A program made the translations under genes and the position numbers. The notes under the pieces are model-generated. The model saw nothing but the letters and a program-made list of their open reading frames with translations. It searched no databases and was not told the origin of the DNA. A DNA stretch of 64,000 bases. It comes from Raillietiella orientalis (Eukaryota). Positions within the stretch are counted from its first letter, which is position 1. Each line of letters begins with the position of its first letter. The DNA lies in assembly GCA_036172245.1 (NCBI GenBank), contig JAYWIR010000041.1, positions 124,001 to 188,000 of the forward strand, in the 5' to 3' direction. Positions 50,901 to 64,000 of the stretch are shown here, in pieces.

Positions 50901-52558
50901 TTTCACATTTGCTCAGGTTGTATCCTATGTTCATATTGTGTGGTCAGACATTCTATCTCCTTTAGGTAGGCAGCATTCCTACGAAACGAACTGAATTCTT
51001 ACAAGATGATGACTCCTGTGGGGATGGTTGAGGTATGCCTGTGGATGAGATTTATCGGTAACCTGACGTAGATCGTTCGATCTGCACTGGCCTGCAGATC
51101 TGCATTTCATTCGATCCAAAAGAGCTGCAGACGTTGATCTCTCTCACGTGGGGCTCACGTGTATTGTAGGAGTAGCTTCTACCACGAATATGTGCTCAAC
51201 GAGGGTAGCATTTTAGAAGGAGCGCGAAGGCATAGAGGGAAAGTATGAAACACACATGGTCGCCCTCGCGCTCTTGGGATGCAAGAATCAGTTAGCGGAA
51301 TTGCGGTCCCAAGACCTTCGGATACAAACAAATACACTGCTCTGCAAGATCTGGATACCCCAGGAACGAACACGAAACAAGATCATGGAGTCTGTCGACT
51401 ACATCATCTACAAGGCGTATTGTCTGCGACACCCTCCGAGTTGTCGAAAGCGAAACTATTTGGTCGATTTTTCAGAAGACCTCAGACCCGCGTAAGGCCA
51501 AAAACTTGGGAAAGATGGCTTGGCTTAGTAGATCAGATATCCGCTGTCGAGAGGAAGATTGAGAATTCGAAACGCGGACTTGGAACTCCTTCCACATGAC
51601 CGTGTCTCAAGGGAGAACACCTCCCATTCTTGAGAAGAGTGGTATCAGAAGAGTTATTTCTGTAGAAGAACCAATGTCTTCTCCAATAATGATTTTTGTC
51701 TCAGTCTTTCTGCACTACTGTGGCTCATCGATGCCTTGGCATTAACACGGAAATCTCTTCCTTAAACTTCATAGGGCATCTTCAAATGTAACCTACAATT
51801 CTTCCTCAGCATGGATGCCAGTCTCACTAAATGAACGAGCATTTGTCCTTAGAATTCATTCGCACTTGTGCCAGCCAATGAACTTCCTGGTCCATAGGAA
51901 GGCACTCCGCGAGCACTGCTTTGAATTGGCGTGCACTGGGATGGCTCTACTCTTTGTGCTCATGAGATGTGCGCTGTCGAGATCTTTCTTCTCTGTACGT
52001 GGCATCGCAGCAGCTTTCGCAAAGCGAATTCTCGCATATCCAGATCTCTGCTGTACTCCACTTCACAAGACTCCTTCTACTCCCTGTTTTCTGATTCCTC
52101 TTCTAATTTTTCCATTCCGAAGCTCAAGATGATCTTATGGGCAGAGATCCTTCCACTAGAAGCACACACTGAGAGGAAGCAATCGTCAAGGAAACAGACG
52201 CTTTCCCTTCTCCTTCCTCTTATTCCCCTCCCTCTTCTTCAGTGCGTGGAAGTTCTTCTAAGGATGCTTCTCCTTGCTCGATCTGAAAAGAAGTCGGGCT
52301 TTAAGGGAACTTCCTCCTTTGATCTCCTGCTCTCACTGATGCCCCAATAAAGGCAGGGAAAGACCTCCTCTGTCAGCTTAAGGGAGAGATGGCGACGTTT
52401 CGTTACTTTTCTTTTCCAACTGCTCCTGCAGTGACTCCTTGACTAAAGTACCAGTCTCTCGATGTCCCTCTACAGAGTTCCAGGATCTTCTGAGAGAAAA
52501 CGCGATCCGTTATCCCCCGGTTTCCTCGAGGACCCTGCTCCAGTGACTCTCGCACAGC

Positions 52559-53020
52559 GTGCAGTCGAGTCTGATCCGTGATTACGAAGCGGAAATCCTG
52601 ATAACAGGATTTTCTGAGACATTGAGGATAGGTCCCCGACTGCAAAACCAAGATAGGGTCCTCTGCAGAGACCTCCGACTCAGAGGACTGGGGCTGCTTT
52701 TTTTCCATCGGGAGCAGTTTGTCCCTAGATCGACGCCTGAGGGAGGAAACGAAAGGGTAACTCCCCTCCTTACTATCACATGCATCCAGGGAACTCCCCC
52801 CTGCTACCCCGTGCTTCCGGATATTCCCACGGGTGGGATGAAGTATTTCAACCTGTTTGATACCTAGATGAGCAGGACAGTTCCTGTGTTAAAGACGGCG
52901 CTCTTGGAAAGCCCAACAAGAAGAAAAAGGAAATAATCCATGACCACCGATCTTATCTCTCCTCCCGAACTGAATCCGAAGCAGAAGATCTAGACAAGAA
53001 AGGGATGAGTCATAGGCATG
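52559..53020 (+). mobile_element. Degenerate AP-endonuclease domain of a LINE (CR1/L2/Jockey type)
   Basis: Ordered motifs LIRDYEAEILITGFSETL (DIIxITET), RDLRLRGLGLLFF (RxDR..RGGGV), LTITCIQGTPP (IYRPP), GGMKYFNL (GDFN), PTR...DLI and GMSH (SDH-like). Confidence 0.55.
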
Positions 53021-56000
53021 ACAGGAAGGAGGGCTGCGAGTCTTCAGTCAAATGAGGCCTTCGCATCTGAGATTGCCAGACTACTTGCTTAAAACAAGAA
53101 AACTGAAGTTGCCACAAGAAATGGTCCAGAATGTGCCAAAACGGAGAAAAAGGGGCCGACTCTCAACTCAGGGGGGAGAGGATGTGCAAATGGGATGGGC
53201 TGGCCTCGACATGATCGCCACCGTTCCCAAAGGCCTACACTGAGCAGGGGCAAGAGAGAGGACACGATGAAGCGCCACATTCCCCTCGGATTCTTGAGAA
53301 GCCGATCCTCAGTCCGACACCCTAGTAAGGGTCTCTGTTTAACAGGATAGGTTCATTCCAGAGTTCTCGCACCTGCCAAGACTCAATCTCGATGTTCCAC
53401 CCCCTGTGCTCAGACGTACCAACGACATTGGACCGTTAGTGTCTCTGAGAACGTCGCCGCCTGAGGAGACTCGAGAGTTCAAATAAAAAGAGAGACTTTT
53501 CCCTGTATAGGAAGCTGGAGGAAATGATACACTTCCTGAGATGATTTCTGATGCTACAGCATTTTCCAGAGATCGAGAGAAGGGTGGAGACAATCGACAG
53601 AGGAGGAGGAAAGGAGGTAACAGAGTCTAGGCATTCCGGGGAACAGAGGAGCTACATGAGGGTCTCTGACAATTCAGCGGAGAGCAAGTTGAAAAGTCAC
53701 GAAGTTGTCGCGACCCTGCGAACCCTGGAGCACCTGCTGTCGGGGCACCTTCTCTTCGTGACGAGCAGGAAGAGAGCTTCCGGTCTCCCCTTCTCGACCT
53801 CCCTCCTTTACGAAGGGAAGCAAGTCTGGTACGATCCCGAGTAGCTTACCGTTTCCTTATGCCTCCCAGAGTGAAGCTATCCAGGGATATCTTCCGTCCT
53901 GATACCTAGAAAGGACTGTCTTTCCTCGCCTTCGTAGTCCAGTCTGGAAAATGCAAAGCTTTGGAATTCACGCACATAGGATCTTCCTCTTCCTTCGCCT
54001 TCTCCTGTAGGAAAAGGGACTCACCGACGGCTGTTCTCGTCAGAGTCCTCCTCCACGGTTACGCCATTCCTTCATCGGGGTCAGCAGACCTTTATCCGTT
54101 TTCTCCCGTCCTCTCTCCCTAAGCGTCAGGGAGCGATCCACTCCCTCCCGCTTAAATCTCCCTTCCCTCGTTCTCTCCGCATAGAGAAATTCCCTCGAGA
54201 ATTCCATTCCCATGACTACTCCGCTGGAATGCACCGCAAGGGAACAGTCTCTTTCGTGGGAAGAAGACGGGAGGACGACACGAGTTTTCTCGAACTCCGC
54301 TGGCTCCAGGAAAGGAGAAAGAAAGAAGCGGATGGAGAAAAGAGTGGAGGGTGCCGCCCGAAGAGCAGCTTCCGTAGAGTGGAGGCACTTCATCTTCAGG
54401 GTCCGCAGGGGCTCTCGCGGCGGTTCCATGAAAAAATGCAAAGTCCCTCGCTGGAGAAAGGAGTCGGGACGTGCCCTAGGGTCTCACCACCGCTCACAAC
54501 GCCATCACTTCTCGAGGTCTTTCACCTCCGGGCTTACCAGGCCCCTTTTTAGAGCATCCCGAGATTTAGGAGTCCCGATCACCATATTCCACCTAGCTGG
54601 TGGTACCGTCAGCAACCTATGACATCCTCTATTCCCAGTGATTTCACGCAAGATGCTCTTCAATTTTCGAAAGCATCCGGATAGACGTTCTTTTTTTAGC
54701 GCGTCTTGCTGTTCCCCAGTGGTTCCTTGCTGTCGTCTCTTCCGATGAAACCTTCGAGTGGAAAGCAGGAAACGAATTAATGAGATCCTCTGGGAGCTCG
54801 TTTTGTTTTACTCCGGAGGAAGAGAGGAAAGTGGGAGACAGGACGACGTTCCAGATCATCGGCGCTCTTGGGATGGAGGGAGGAAGCAAAGTAGAGACGA
54901 TCCTCTTGCTTTTCAGAAGCACGGACTATCAGGAGGAAAGGAGACGTCCTGCAGACCTGGAGCCAGCAAGACGACTGTTCCCAGTGTTCATGAGCAGAGT
55001 GAACCGGAGAGAAACTCCTCTCGAGCTCCAGAGTAAGCCGGAAGGAGGGATTCGGGGATGGATGCAGGAAGAGGAAGATCCTTCTCCAGGGAAACATCTC
55101 TTCACGGATATCCCGATTCCCGCTTAGGGATTCGGTTGCTTAGAGGTTTAGACTAGGACTTCTCGGCTCAAATCGGACGCAAACTCGGGCGCAGCTTGTG
55201 CGGCAGCGGCGTTTCCAGAAAGAGCAGGCAGGATTCCACCTTCCCGAGTGTGCTCTGACTGTCTCCTTTGCAGGATCCCTTTATGGCTTCCAAAGCCTTC
55301 GTCATCGTTGTTGGCTGCTGCTGCTGCTGTTGGTAGCTGTCTGTGGACGCTGGATAAAGCGAGGCCGAACGCGACCGTGGTCGCTAAACAGGATCAGAAG
55401 CCTCTAGCAAGAGCTACCTAGACAGCCGGCGTTGAGATGCGTGCAAGTGTGGTACAATATGGACGCATGCTCATCTACACTCATCCATTCCGCTCGATCG
55501 CGGTGGATGCGATCTGTAGGCGAATGGTCTTCCACGCCTGCTGCCGCCTGTCTTGCGGGTGATCCACTCGTGACCACGTGTGGAATTGCCCTGCGCAAGC
55601 ACACGGTCGTTCAAGTGTGCCAGCACGCATGAACAGGGAAGCACACATGGGTGCAAAGACCGTGCTCGCGAAGGATTTTCTCTGGCGACACACAGCTTGG
55701 CATGTTCCTGAGGAGCTGCTGCATGGAGACTCTCGAGTCATCGCCTTTCTAGAGTGGACCACAAATCGTTTCGTCTCTGGTTCTCGTGAAGTGCTTTATC
55801 GTGGGATCTGCAATGTCTCTCAAGCACTAATCTCCTTCCTGTGCGGAATGGAAGCTTTCCCCGCACGAGATAGAGCGTTCCTTTGGGGATAAAGCAGAGA
55901 CAGGATGTATCTAGAAACCTCTCCCGCCTCTCTTGCTATTTCGCATTTGGAAATGGAAATTTCCTATGAATCGAAGAGGAGAAATTCCGATTCCAAAAGA

Positions 56001-59000
56001 GTTTCGTCCTGGAAGAGAAGGTACGGATGTAGGTTTCCCGTTCCAAGGGGATTACATAGCAGCTGGAGAAGATTTCCTGGATTCCGTCGAGTCGTCGCTG
56101 AAAGATGGGAAACTGAAGTCACAAGACGGATCTGAAAACAGCCAGTGTTGATAAGAAAAAGTCTGGAAACCACAGAAGATCGTCGGTGGTAAAGGTGAAT
56201 CGCTCTCTTAGATCTGAAGATTGGTGGTCCAAGTCCATTCTTCTCACGTGTCTGCATAGAAGCAAGCGTACCATTCTCTTCGTTTCCTTCTTGTTCCACA
56301 GGAAACCTGCCGCATCTCTGTGGTCAGATCATCCTAGAAGGGTACATCAGAGCGATGGCGTCTGTGCTGGCTGTAGCTGCGGATTCGTTGGTTCAGGTTA
56401 CCAGATCCAGGAGAAGCAAGAAGATAGGATGCCAATCAACCCGCACTTTGTGCCTTCAGTAGAGGTTTGTGTGCTTGCGCCCAGGTGCTGGAGGGTGCTC
56501 TGGACTCTGGAAGTAGGGGCATGAAGCAGGAGCGCTCCAGCACGGTCCTGACCCGCCACCGACGCCAAAAGAACTGCTACGGAGAATCCTCTGCTACAGC
56601 TGCTGAGAAATGATTCCTGGTCTTTCCTGATCCCTTTGGCTTCCTGTATAAGACGTTTATTCCCTGATTTCGCTTTCTATGCACTAACTGGAGTGAAGGT
56701 GGCAGCTATGGATGCGGGGTGTCGAAGGTGTCCTGCCTTCGACAACAGCCTGCCCTCTTCTTCTCGTAGGCGACATCCCTCTTGCTAAGGAAGAACCATC
56801 TCCTGGAACGGCTGTCTCCACAGAAGCCTAGTCGGTATCCTGGGAAGCCGAATTGTCACGCAATGAGTGAGCTTCTGAGAAACTGATTCCCCTGAAGGCG
56901 AGCAAGGAATCCCGAAGGGTCTGCAGGGTTGTGACCGTGTACGTCGGAAGATACAGACATCTCAGAAGAAATGCAAGCTGTCACAGGGAGTTCATTTTCA
57001 GCAGGAGACATCTCACGGCGATTCATCCCTGCAAGAATAAAAAACAGCAACAATTTATTCCCCCGAAAATGGATTCCTTCCTCTCCTGCTGTGTAGGTTT
57101 TACAGGCTAGCGTCATCAGAAACCGCCACCAATATGCAGCAAACGCCGATCAAGGACGAGTGGCACTCTGAAGGGGCTACCTAGAAAGGAAAACTCCCTC
57201 GGTAAGACCCTCAGCTTCCTGGAAGGGGTGCTCCCTTCCAACGAGCTGCAGGCTGAACAACAAGACGAACGATCCTTGTAGGACCCTGAAGACGATGGAG
57301 GTGTCAGAGTCACTGTACTCAAGATACTAAGGTGACTCATTCCTCATTCTTCTTCCTCAGTCTTCATTCCTCATTCTTCAGCCTGGAAAGCAGCTTCCGC
57401 CGATGTTCCTCATCGTCGCTTTCCAGATTACTCCTCTCCGTTCGTGGTCCGGAAACCGAGAAAATGAAACCTCGCATATGGGAGGTCAAGTGGATATCGG
57501 CTGTGAGCTCTTATTTGGCGAAATCTGTCAACTGGTTGCCACCCAGTGACTCCTTGGACTTTACTGAAGGCACCAATAAACACACGAAAGTGGTGAGACT
57601 TCAGGATATCACGTTCAGGAGATGCATGGTAAGATGCTCAAGCACTGGCCGATTCAGACCCAGACCGGCGACGCGGTCTGGGTCTGAATGCATCCCGGAT
57701 GAAATCATCTCGCCGTGATCCTGATAAAGAAGTGGTTGTGGAGTGGATAGCATGGACAGCACCCTTATCGCACGGACCTCTTTCGGTGGCGCTCCAGCCA
57801 CCGCGATCCCGAGAAGGTAGAGCACTCTCATGAAACGTTCCCAAATGGACCAGAAGGCAACACGGTCTGCTAGCAGCTGCTGGAAGGATTCCTCTTCACC
57901 CGGCCGTCAACTAATGGTGCTCGAGGCACAGGAACGTTTGCGCGCTGGAAACTCACGAATACCACATAACGGACGTTCAGACCAACTAGTGGCCATCCAG
58001 TTGAGCCCTCCCATGGTCGTTCATCCTGGCTGGTGACCGAGAATCTATCCCCAGTACATGTTTCAGAGATGTAGGATGTTGGAGCACAAAACAAGATTTT
58101 CTTCGTCTTTTCTGTCATCGCTCACAGGAACTCGAGTTCTGGGAAACGCGCGTCGCTGCTCAGGGTGCTGACTCTCGGACTCCTACCGAGGCCAGCACTC
58201 TGAAGGCTCCCTGTATGTGGTTTATTCTTCTGGTTGTGTTTCTTGCAACGCCGCAGGTGTGCCTTCCAGAGGCAGGAAGCACCGAATCTTGTGGCTGGAG
58301 TTTCTTTCTGGAGAGCCAGGTTCATAAGCAATCCGAGTCGCCCCCCGCCCCCCAGAATCGGGTCGATTCGGGACCCTGAGCTTCCATTTTTCCGAGTCAC
58401 TATCTTGGTGGGTTTGACCCAAGTGGTCGTCCTAATGGTGAAGTCGGAATTTCACACACGGACGTTCGAGATGTGCATCAAGTCCTCCCTCCACATCGAG
58501 TACTGCCTACACACTCCAATCCTCATAAGTTCCTGTAGGAGCCGCCGATAGGAACGAGAGGTGCAGGGTGGTCAGAGCTCAAGGAAGCGGCAATGGAAGT
58601 AACGCAAGCCACCTCAGTTGTACGGGAATGGTTAGACGCACACTGCCTTTTAGCTCGGGACATGGTCTCTCCTTCCTGCTCTACAGAGTGGGAGTTGTAA
58701 CACAAATGAGTTTCCGGGTTCGCGTACTGTCAGGAAACGTCGAACAGGATGGACTCGACTTTCTTCCCGATGCCCTCAATCAAGGCTCAAGGGAATGCAC
58801 GACCGATACCTACTGGCGGCAACTGCGGCAAGCAGCTCGAAGGGACCGACGGAGGACCTCCTTTCCAGCTTGTATTTGGAGCGGGCGCTAGGATGGGAAG
58901 TTTTCGAAAATGGTCCAACGGGATGACTCATGCCGGAAAAGGGATAGAAAGCGGAAACGGAACCACGTGATTGCAATTCTTAAGGGGTCTCAAGGATGCC

Positions 59001-59546
59001 TATACAACGTTTTCGTCTCAGGAAAAGAGACAGTGGAAGGAATTCCTCCGATTGGTGCGCTTGGCTTGCCACAAAAGAAGAAGATCTCTCTTAAAGACTT
59101 GGCATGGATCTAACACCCCCTGAATGATGTCCTCCGATCTTCCGAGCTCTCCTATTTGTGTCTAATCGCTGATCATTTGGTAATAAGTCCGACTCCGTTG
59201 CAATCGGCGTGAGCGGAAGAGAAGGAGCCTCGTTTCTCTTCCCGTGCAAGCGTAGCGTGGAACTGCATCAGCTGATCCATAGCCCCTCTCTGTCCGTAAC
59301 GTCTTTTCCCACTCTGCACACAAATAACAGGAGGGAAAAGGCTTGTTTCTTACGCACTCGAGCGGAAGAAGGCACCATGCGTCGCCGACGCTCTGATAAA
59401 GACGCCACGGATGTAGAGGATCTTTTCGTGGTCACGTGGTTGCGAACCTTTTGAATCACGAGGCAGTCATATTTTCTTTACAGTGTTTTGGAGATTAATC
59501 TTTGGAGACTGGGTTCCCATGATCAACAATGGCACTAGATCCAGTG

Positions 59547-59903
59547 CTCTCACCAGCCCACGAAAGGAGGCATGGCACTTCCCACTCCAGGAACAGCCTG
59601 ATAAGGGAATGCCCGCGTTCTGCGTTCGATTGCGCCGGACTTGTAACCACTTCCTCATCAACAGGAAACCCATGTTTTCTGCCAAGGAGTTGATCCATGC
59701 CGCAGTCTCCTTTGCATCCGAGAGCCAGTTAGGAAACAGATGGGGATCGACCTTGCCATCAGTGCCAGAAAGGGGATGAAGCGCATCTCAAGTCATTGCA
59801 GGAGGCACCTGCACCAGGGTCACGGCTTCCTGATCACGGTGCCCGTCAAGCGACATCAGGCGTCGAGTCGTGGTCGGCAAATGGGAAACGCGTCATCATG
59901 CTC
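59547..59903 (-). repeat. Interspersed repeat copy 2 (paired with 45888-46261); FAR1/MULE-like segment
   Basis: Long identical runs with copy 1, e.g. catggcacttcccactccaggaacagcctgataagggaatgcccgcg...gagttgatccatgc. Indels occur in the distal part. Confidence 0.8.
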
Positions 59904-60899
59904 GGCGCATGCTGCTGCACACTCGAAAGCATAGGCAGAAGGTTCTAGAAGGCGTGAGGACGCAAAAAGGGAAAGAATAGGACTCACGCGCTTGCCCTCT
60001 GACTCCTGGGGCAAGAGTCGGGCTCGCGGGATTGCCGTCGGCTAGTTGGTGCCTTAGGGTACAAAGAACGATGCTTCTCTGAAAGAGCTGGAAACTCGAG
60101 GAACGTTGGCGAAACAAGATCTGTTTACAGATACGGAGGGATAAGAATGAAGGGAGAACTTCTCACCACTGAACGAGAAGCAGCGCGTAACCGAACTGTG
60201 CCACGAGTGCAGCGATGCAATCGTTCCCTCACCTGTCGTCGGACCACGAGCTCCTACGCAGATGACAACGCATGACAGCAGCTCTCCTGCATCCAGAGAA
60301 CTGGCTCGTAGGATCCTGCTTCTGAGCGACCTTTAACACCAAAAGGGCTTTCGGCATCCAGGACACTGCCCAACCACGCAGTCGTGCTGGCTCACCGCGA
60401 TGTGGAACAGCAGTTGAACATCGGCTAAACACCAGCCTTGAGATTTCCAATCTTTGTATTATTTTTTTTACCTTTTGATTATTTCTTTTTGTTTTTGTAT
60501 GTATGCTTTCCTCGTTCTTCCTGCTTGCGCCCCACCTTGGCAATTTCGTCGCTGCTGGCATTGGTGTCGACGCACAGTGTATTTAACGTATAGGATATTT
60601 CTACTATTCATTTTCATTCAATTTAAATAAACTTCCCGGAGGGACCCTTCCATCCTGGCTATCCTGGCCATTTATTTAAAGAAAATAAATAAAATTATAC
60701 AGCCAGAGACAGAGGACCTACTCATATCGGTCCTTCACATCTCGCCGGGGACAGCACCAGAGACAAGTAGAAGGAGGAAAAGGTGAGACAATGAATAAAT
60801 AAACAAATAGGAAATGGAATGGGCCGACATCACGGTATTCCACTTAATTCCTGAGGGCCTGCGACGAGGCAGGGAAGGAGCAAACGGAAGGCGATGAGT

Positions 60900-62560
60900 T
60901 CGCCGGTTAGTCCAGCTCGTTAGTTTCGGGCTGGTCGGTCCACAAGCGTTGGGATGAACCCTCGCGTCTTACGGTCAAACCCTCGGTTGGGACGAACCCT
61001 CGGTCGTTTCGCAGTCCTTCGTGTGTAGGCCTTGCGGTCGCAAACGGCTCTTCGGGACGATGGCCGCGCTCTCCCTCCATCTCGGCGGTCTTCGCTGCTC
61101 TCGCACGTGGCAAAGGACGGCCGGAGAGGAGGCCACCGGCCAGCCCGGAGAAGCGAGCACTCCTCGAAAGTGGTGTTGCGGGACGGCGTCAAGGGAACTG
61201 AAGCATCCTCAGCGATGCGCTCCCGTCCCTGACGTAGCCTTCTGCATTCCGGCGGCACGAGCGCCAGCGTTCCCAATCTCCCTCAGCGGGAAGTTCCACG
61301 AGCTCTCTTCCCGCCGAGGAGGCGCGATGGCGTTCTCCGTTTCCGCGGAGGGATCAGTGCGCCAGCGGGACGGTAGTCAGCTGGTGACGTTGAAGGAGGA
61401 GGGAGACGTCGAGGACAGGGAGCGCGGCACCGGATTAAAATTTTTACGGAGGCTGCCGAGAAACTGGATCATCTTCCGGGTGCTGGGCAGCGTCTCTTGG
61501 AGTGGCTTCGTCCGCCAGCCGAGACCTGCTCCGATGCGCGATGGGCTTGGTGATCCTTGTGAGCCGGCAACCTCTCACTTTGCAGGAGCGCCTTCTCCCT
61601 CCTGATCCCGACGGTGAAGTAATGGGCGCAGGACATCCTCAACGGTCACACGCGAAGATGTGGGGAGTAGGATGCCGCAGATCGTCGCGTATCCCTGCAA
61701 ACGGGCAGTCCCCCAGACGACTGATGGCGTTGCTGTTCGAAAGGACTAGTTGGTCTCTACATGCGTCCACGTTTCCGGTTATTCCTGCCGCAAGCATTCC
61801 TTCGCAGTGGGAGGCAGGATATGCAGTCGTGTTCTTCCTTCAGCAACGGGATCGGGACAAGCGGGTGAGTCGCCCTCGCCTGCGGTTGCGTGCGAGGATG
61901 GACGCCAATCCTTCGCATTTCATTGCGTCGTTTCTGAGAATGAGCTCGGAAGAGGAGGAGAGAAGCGGCTGTTCCACAGGAAGTGAGGACCGAGCGCGCG
62001 CACCTGCATCTGTTCAGCGAAGAATCAGTTCAGGCCACGCTCTTGGCGAGGGGAAACGAAGTCTTTCAGTGGCACCTGAGACCCAGAGGAGCCTCACTGT
62101 TGCATCGGACTGGTAACTTGATGGCTCATCCAACAGTCTCTGGAGGAAACAAAAGGAGAAACTGGAAAGAGGGGCGCGACAAGGATATTCCACCCGCTTG
62201 GCAGGAACCTGAGTAGATAGTAGACCAACGCTGCATTTGAGCAGAACAGCCCCAAGAAGAGGGATCCGACGATTACATGAGGGCGATACGATGCGTTGGA
62301 GTTCTCCGTGTACGTTGACTTTTGGTGCCTGATCGATGAAACTGGGGCTCACAATGACCCCTGCGCCACGAAGATCCTGGTCTTCATTCTCACGTACTGT
62401 TGACCATTGTCCTATGGAGCCACCGCTTCTCAGGAGTTGTTCGAAGTGGCTCTCGCTTCAGAGGAATCGTGACCTCCAACGACGACCTGCTCGAGGGTTT
62501 CCTGAGGGATCACCTGGTTATCCTTGCCAATGGATATGGACGAGCCTCTCTTGACCACGC
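60900..62560 (-). mobile_element. Heavily decayed LINE reverse transcriptase region (CR1/L2/Jockey type)
   Basis: Faint but ordered motifs across frames: SISI...TLEQVV, SFIDQAPKVNVHG...GS-LLGAVLL (QGSxLGPxLF), GLGWR...RKMIQFLGSLRK, ERIAEDA...FEEC...GRWPPL, and GFIP/QRLWT. Confidence 0.45.
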
Positions 62561-62909
62561 AAGCATCAATAAAAGAAAGCTCCATCTTGCCTAACCTTTA
62601 GGGTGAGCCGATCTTTACACGAAAGCAACGACTGTGGGAGCGCGCAGGAAGCACATCCGTTAAGGACTGCGAACGACGACACTGTGCACATCAACAAAGC
62701 GGATGGAAGCTGCGGTCAGTTTCTCGCTTGCTTTTCTTTGCAGATCTTTTACACCATTAACCAGCAGTGAAACGAGAGCACAAGCGCTTCAGTCTTCGGA
62801 AAAATTCTGAAGCTTCCAAGGAAACTAAAGAATATTAAATCATTCCTGCTTGTACGGCGCAGCAGCAACGAGGGAAGTTGAAGCTGTATTAGATCCGGTG
62901 TAGATTCAC

Positions 62910-62973
62910 CGTACATTCCCTGCAGGGCAAGCAACGCTGACAAGGTAGCGATGAGGACTTTTCCTCGGAGCAT
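62910..62973 (-). CDS. Candidate first coding exon encoding a signal peptide (MLRGKVLIATLSALLALQGMY)
   Basis: AAAATG start context, basic n-region plus hydrophobic h-region, and a phase-1 donor G|GTGAAT that is frame-compatible with the sidestep Ig1 exon at 17551. The linkage is inference. Confidence 0.4.
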
Positions 62974-64000
62974 TTTCTCTCAAGATGTGAAAGTTGCGAG
63001 ACTTTTTGAAGCAAGCTGACTAGATCGCCAATCTAGTTTCAGGATCACTGTTGGACCGCTCTCCTAGAACGGAGAGCACCAGCTTTCGTACACGGTTGCC
63101 ATGGAAGAATTTTCGGTTTCAGTGCTTGTGTCATTCGGATCACGGAGAACCTCCAGAGCCCATCTGCGAGGGTGTGCAAAGCAAATGATGGAGCGAACAC
63201 GAGAACCGGAAATCAGGAGAGAATGCATGGTCGGAACTATTTATTGGCCTCAAGCCGCGTGATGAATGAGTTTGTTCTGGAGGCAGATCCACTGGCGACG
63301 TCGTCATAGAGTGGAGGTGCAGTAAGCGAGGCATTCTAAACTGGAAATTGTTCCAATACTTGCTGTCACTTGTGATGGAAATCTCAACTTAGGCAGCTGT
63401 AACGTTGCTAATGGAACGACAACGACTTCCCTGATCATCAGACAAGTTTCTGGCACTCGTACCCTGGAAGAAGAACAGAGTACAGTATCCTTTTTTTGTC
63501 CATCCCTTCCTTTTGTTTTGTTCGAGAACCCACTCCACTGCCTTATCACGGAAGAGCTGATCGAGTCTTTCTGATGAGAAGTACCAAACCCTTCACAGCT
63601 CCCTGGAAAAACAGATCGGACAACCCATCCATTGCCGCGATAGTTCTTGTTGAGGAAACATTCATTCATCAGGATTTGCAAAGTTGGCCAAATGCTCCAA
63701 CATCAGTTCTTCCGCATCAGCGAGCTCTGTCTGTCCCTGCTCATTTCTTAAGCTCTATCTAAATCAAAGAGAAATGAATCGAAATCGCTTTTTTGCTCCG
63801 TGATGCCATATGATTTGGTTCTTTAATGAGAGCACTATTTTTCCTACTGATTACGAGGATAGTTTTGCTAAGGGAATAACTACTGTTTCAGATATGTGAT
63901 GATGCTTTTTCTTGTGGATGTGCATGATGATCCTTTTGTCACTGAGGGCTATGTGATGCTTTTGATCCCTATCTCATGACCCATTTTCCAGGCTAAGAGT

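Noticed and set aside
51820..52110. Possible additional R2-like post-RT fragment (- strand)
   Set aside because: Resemblance too vague to support without a search.
57470..58120. Possible AP-endonuclease relic on the - strand (YISET, LNRP, FIGAFS, GNQLTDF)
   Set aside because: Motifs are very degenerate, scattered across frames, and on the wrong side of the 60.9-62.6 kb RT relic to belong to it.
1..64000. The several hundred overlapping 60-290 aa ORFs in the supplied track
   Set aside because: Most use non-ATG starts, overlap in all frames in GC-rich DNA, are Arg/Ser/Pro-rich and show no recognisable domains, as expected by chance in eukaryotic non-coding DNA.
1..64000. CRISPR arrays, rRNA, intact tRNA or prokaryotic operons
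   Set aside because: No regularly spaced repeats or conserved rRNA motifs were seen. Spliceosomal introns and LINEs show the DNA is eukaryotic.

Overview
This is intron-rich eukaryotic genomic DNA, probably from an arthropod (inferred from the gene families present). Most entries in the ORF track are chance ORFs. Host-gene content I can support: (1) three phase-compatible minus-strand exons of a sidestep/nephrin-family Ig cell-surface gene (17407-17551, 11773-11978, 5440-5547), plus a candidate signal-peptide exon about 45 kb upstream (62910-62973); (2) an orphan Sidekick-like Ig/FN3 exon inside an intron of that gene (6115-6530); (3) an intact single-ORF CAP/SCP (GAPR-1/GLIPR2-like) gene with a signal peptide and hydrophobic C-terminus (33545-34189, +); (4) a 5'-truncated, disrupted pelota pseudogene (about 38935-39700, -). 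The 40-63 kb region holds many decayed mobile elements: an L1/Tx1-type LINE 3' part, an R2-group (NeSL/Utopia-like) retrotransposon, AP-endonuclease and RT relics of CR1/L2/Jockey-type LINEs, a two-copy FAR1/MULE-like segment, a probable Polinton/adintovirus-type DNA polymerase B relic and a possible Helitron helicase relic. I found no CRISPR, rRNA or intact tRNA. I cannot demonstrate a new biological system. The best leads are IgSF exon shuffling, the membrane-tethered GAPR-1-like CAP with a splice donor overlapping its stop codon, and the Polinton-type relic. All family assignments come from manual translation and recalled motifs, not database searches.
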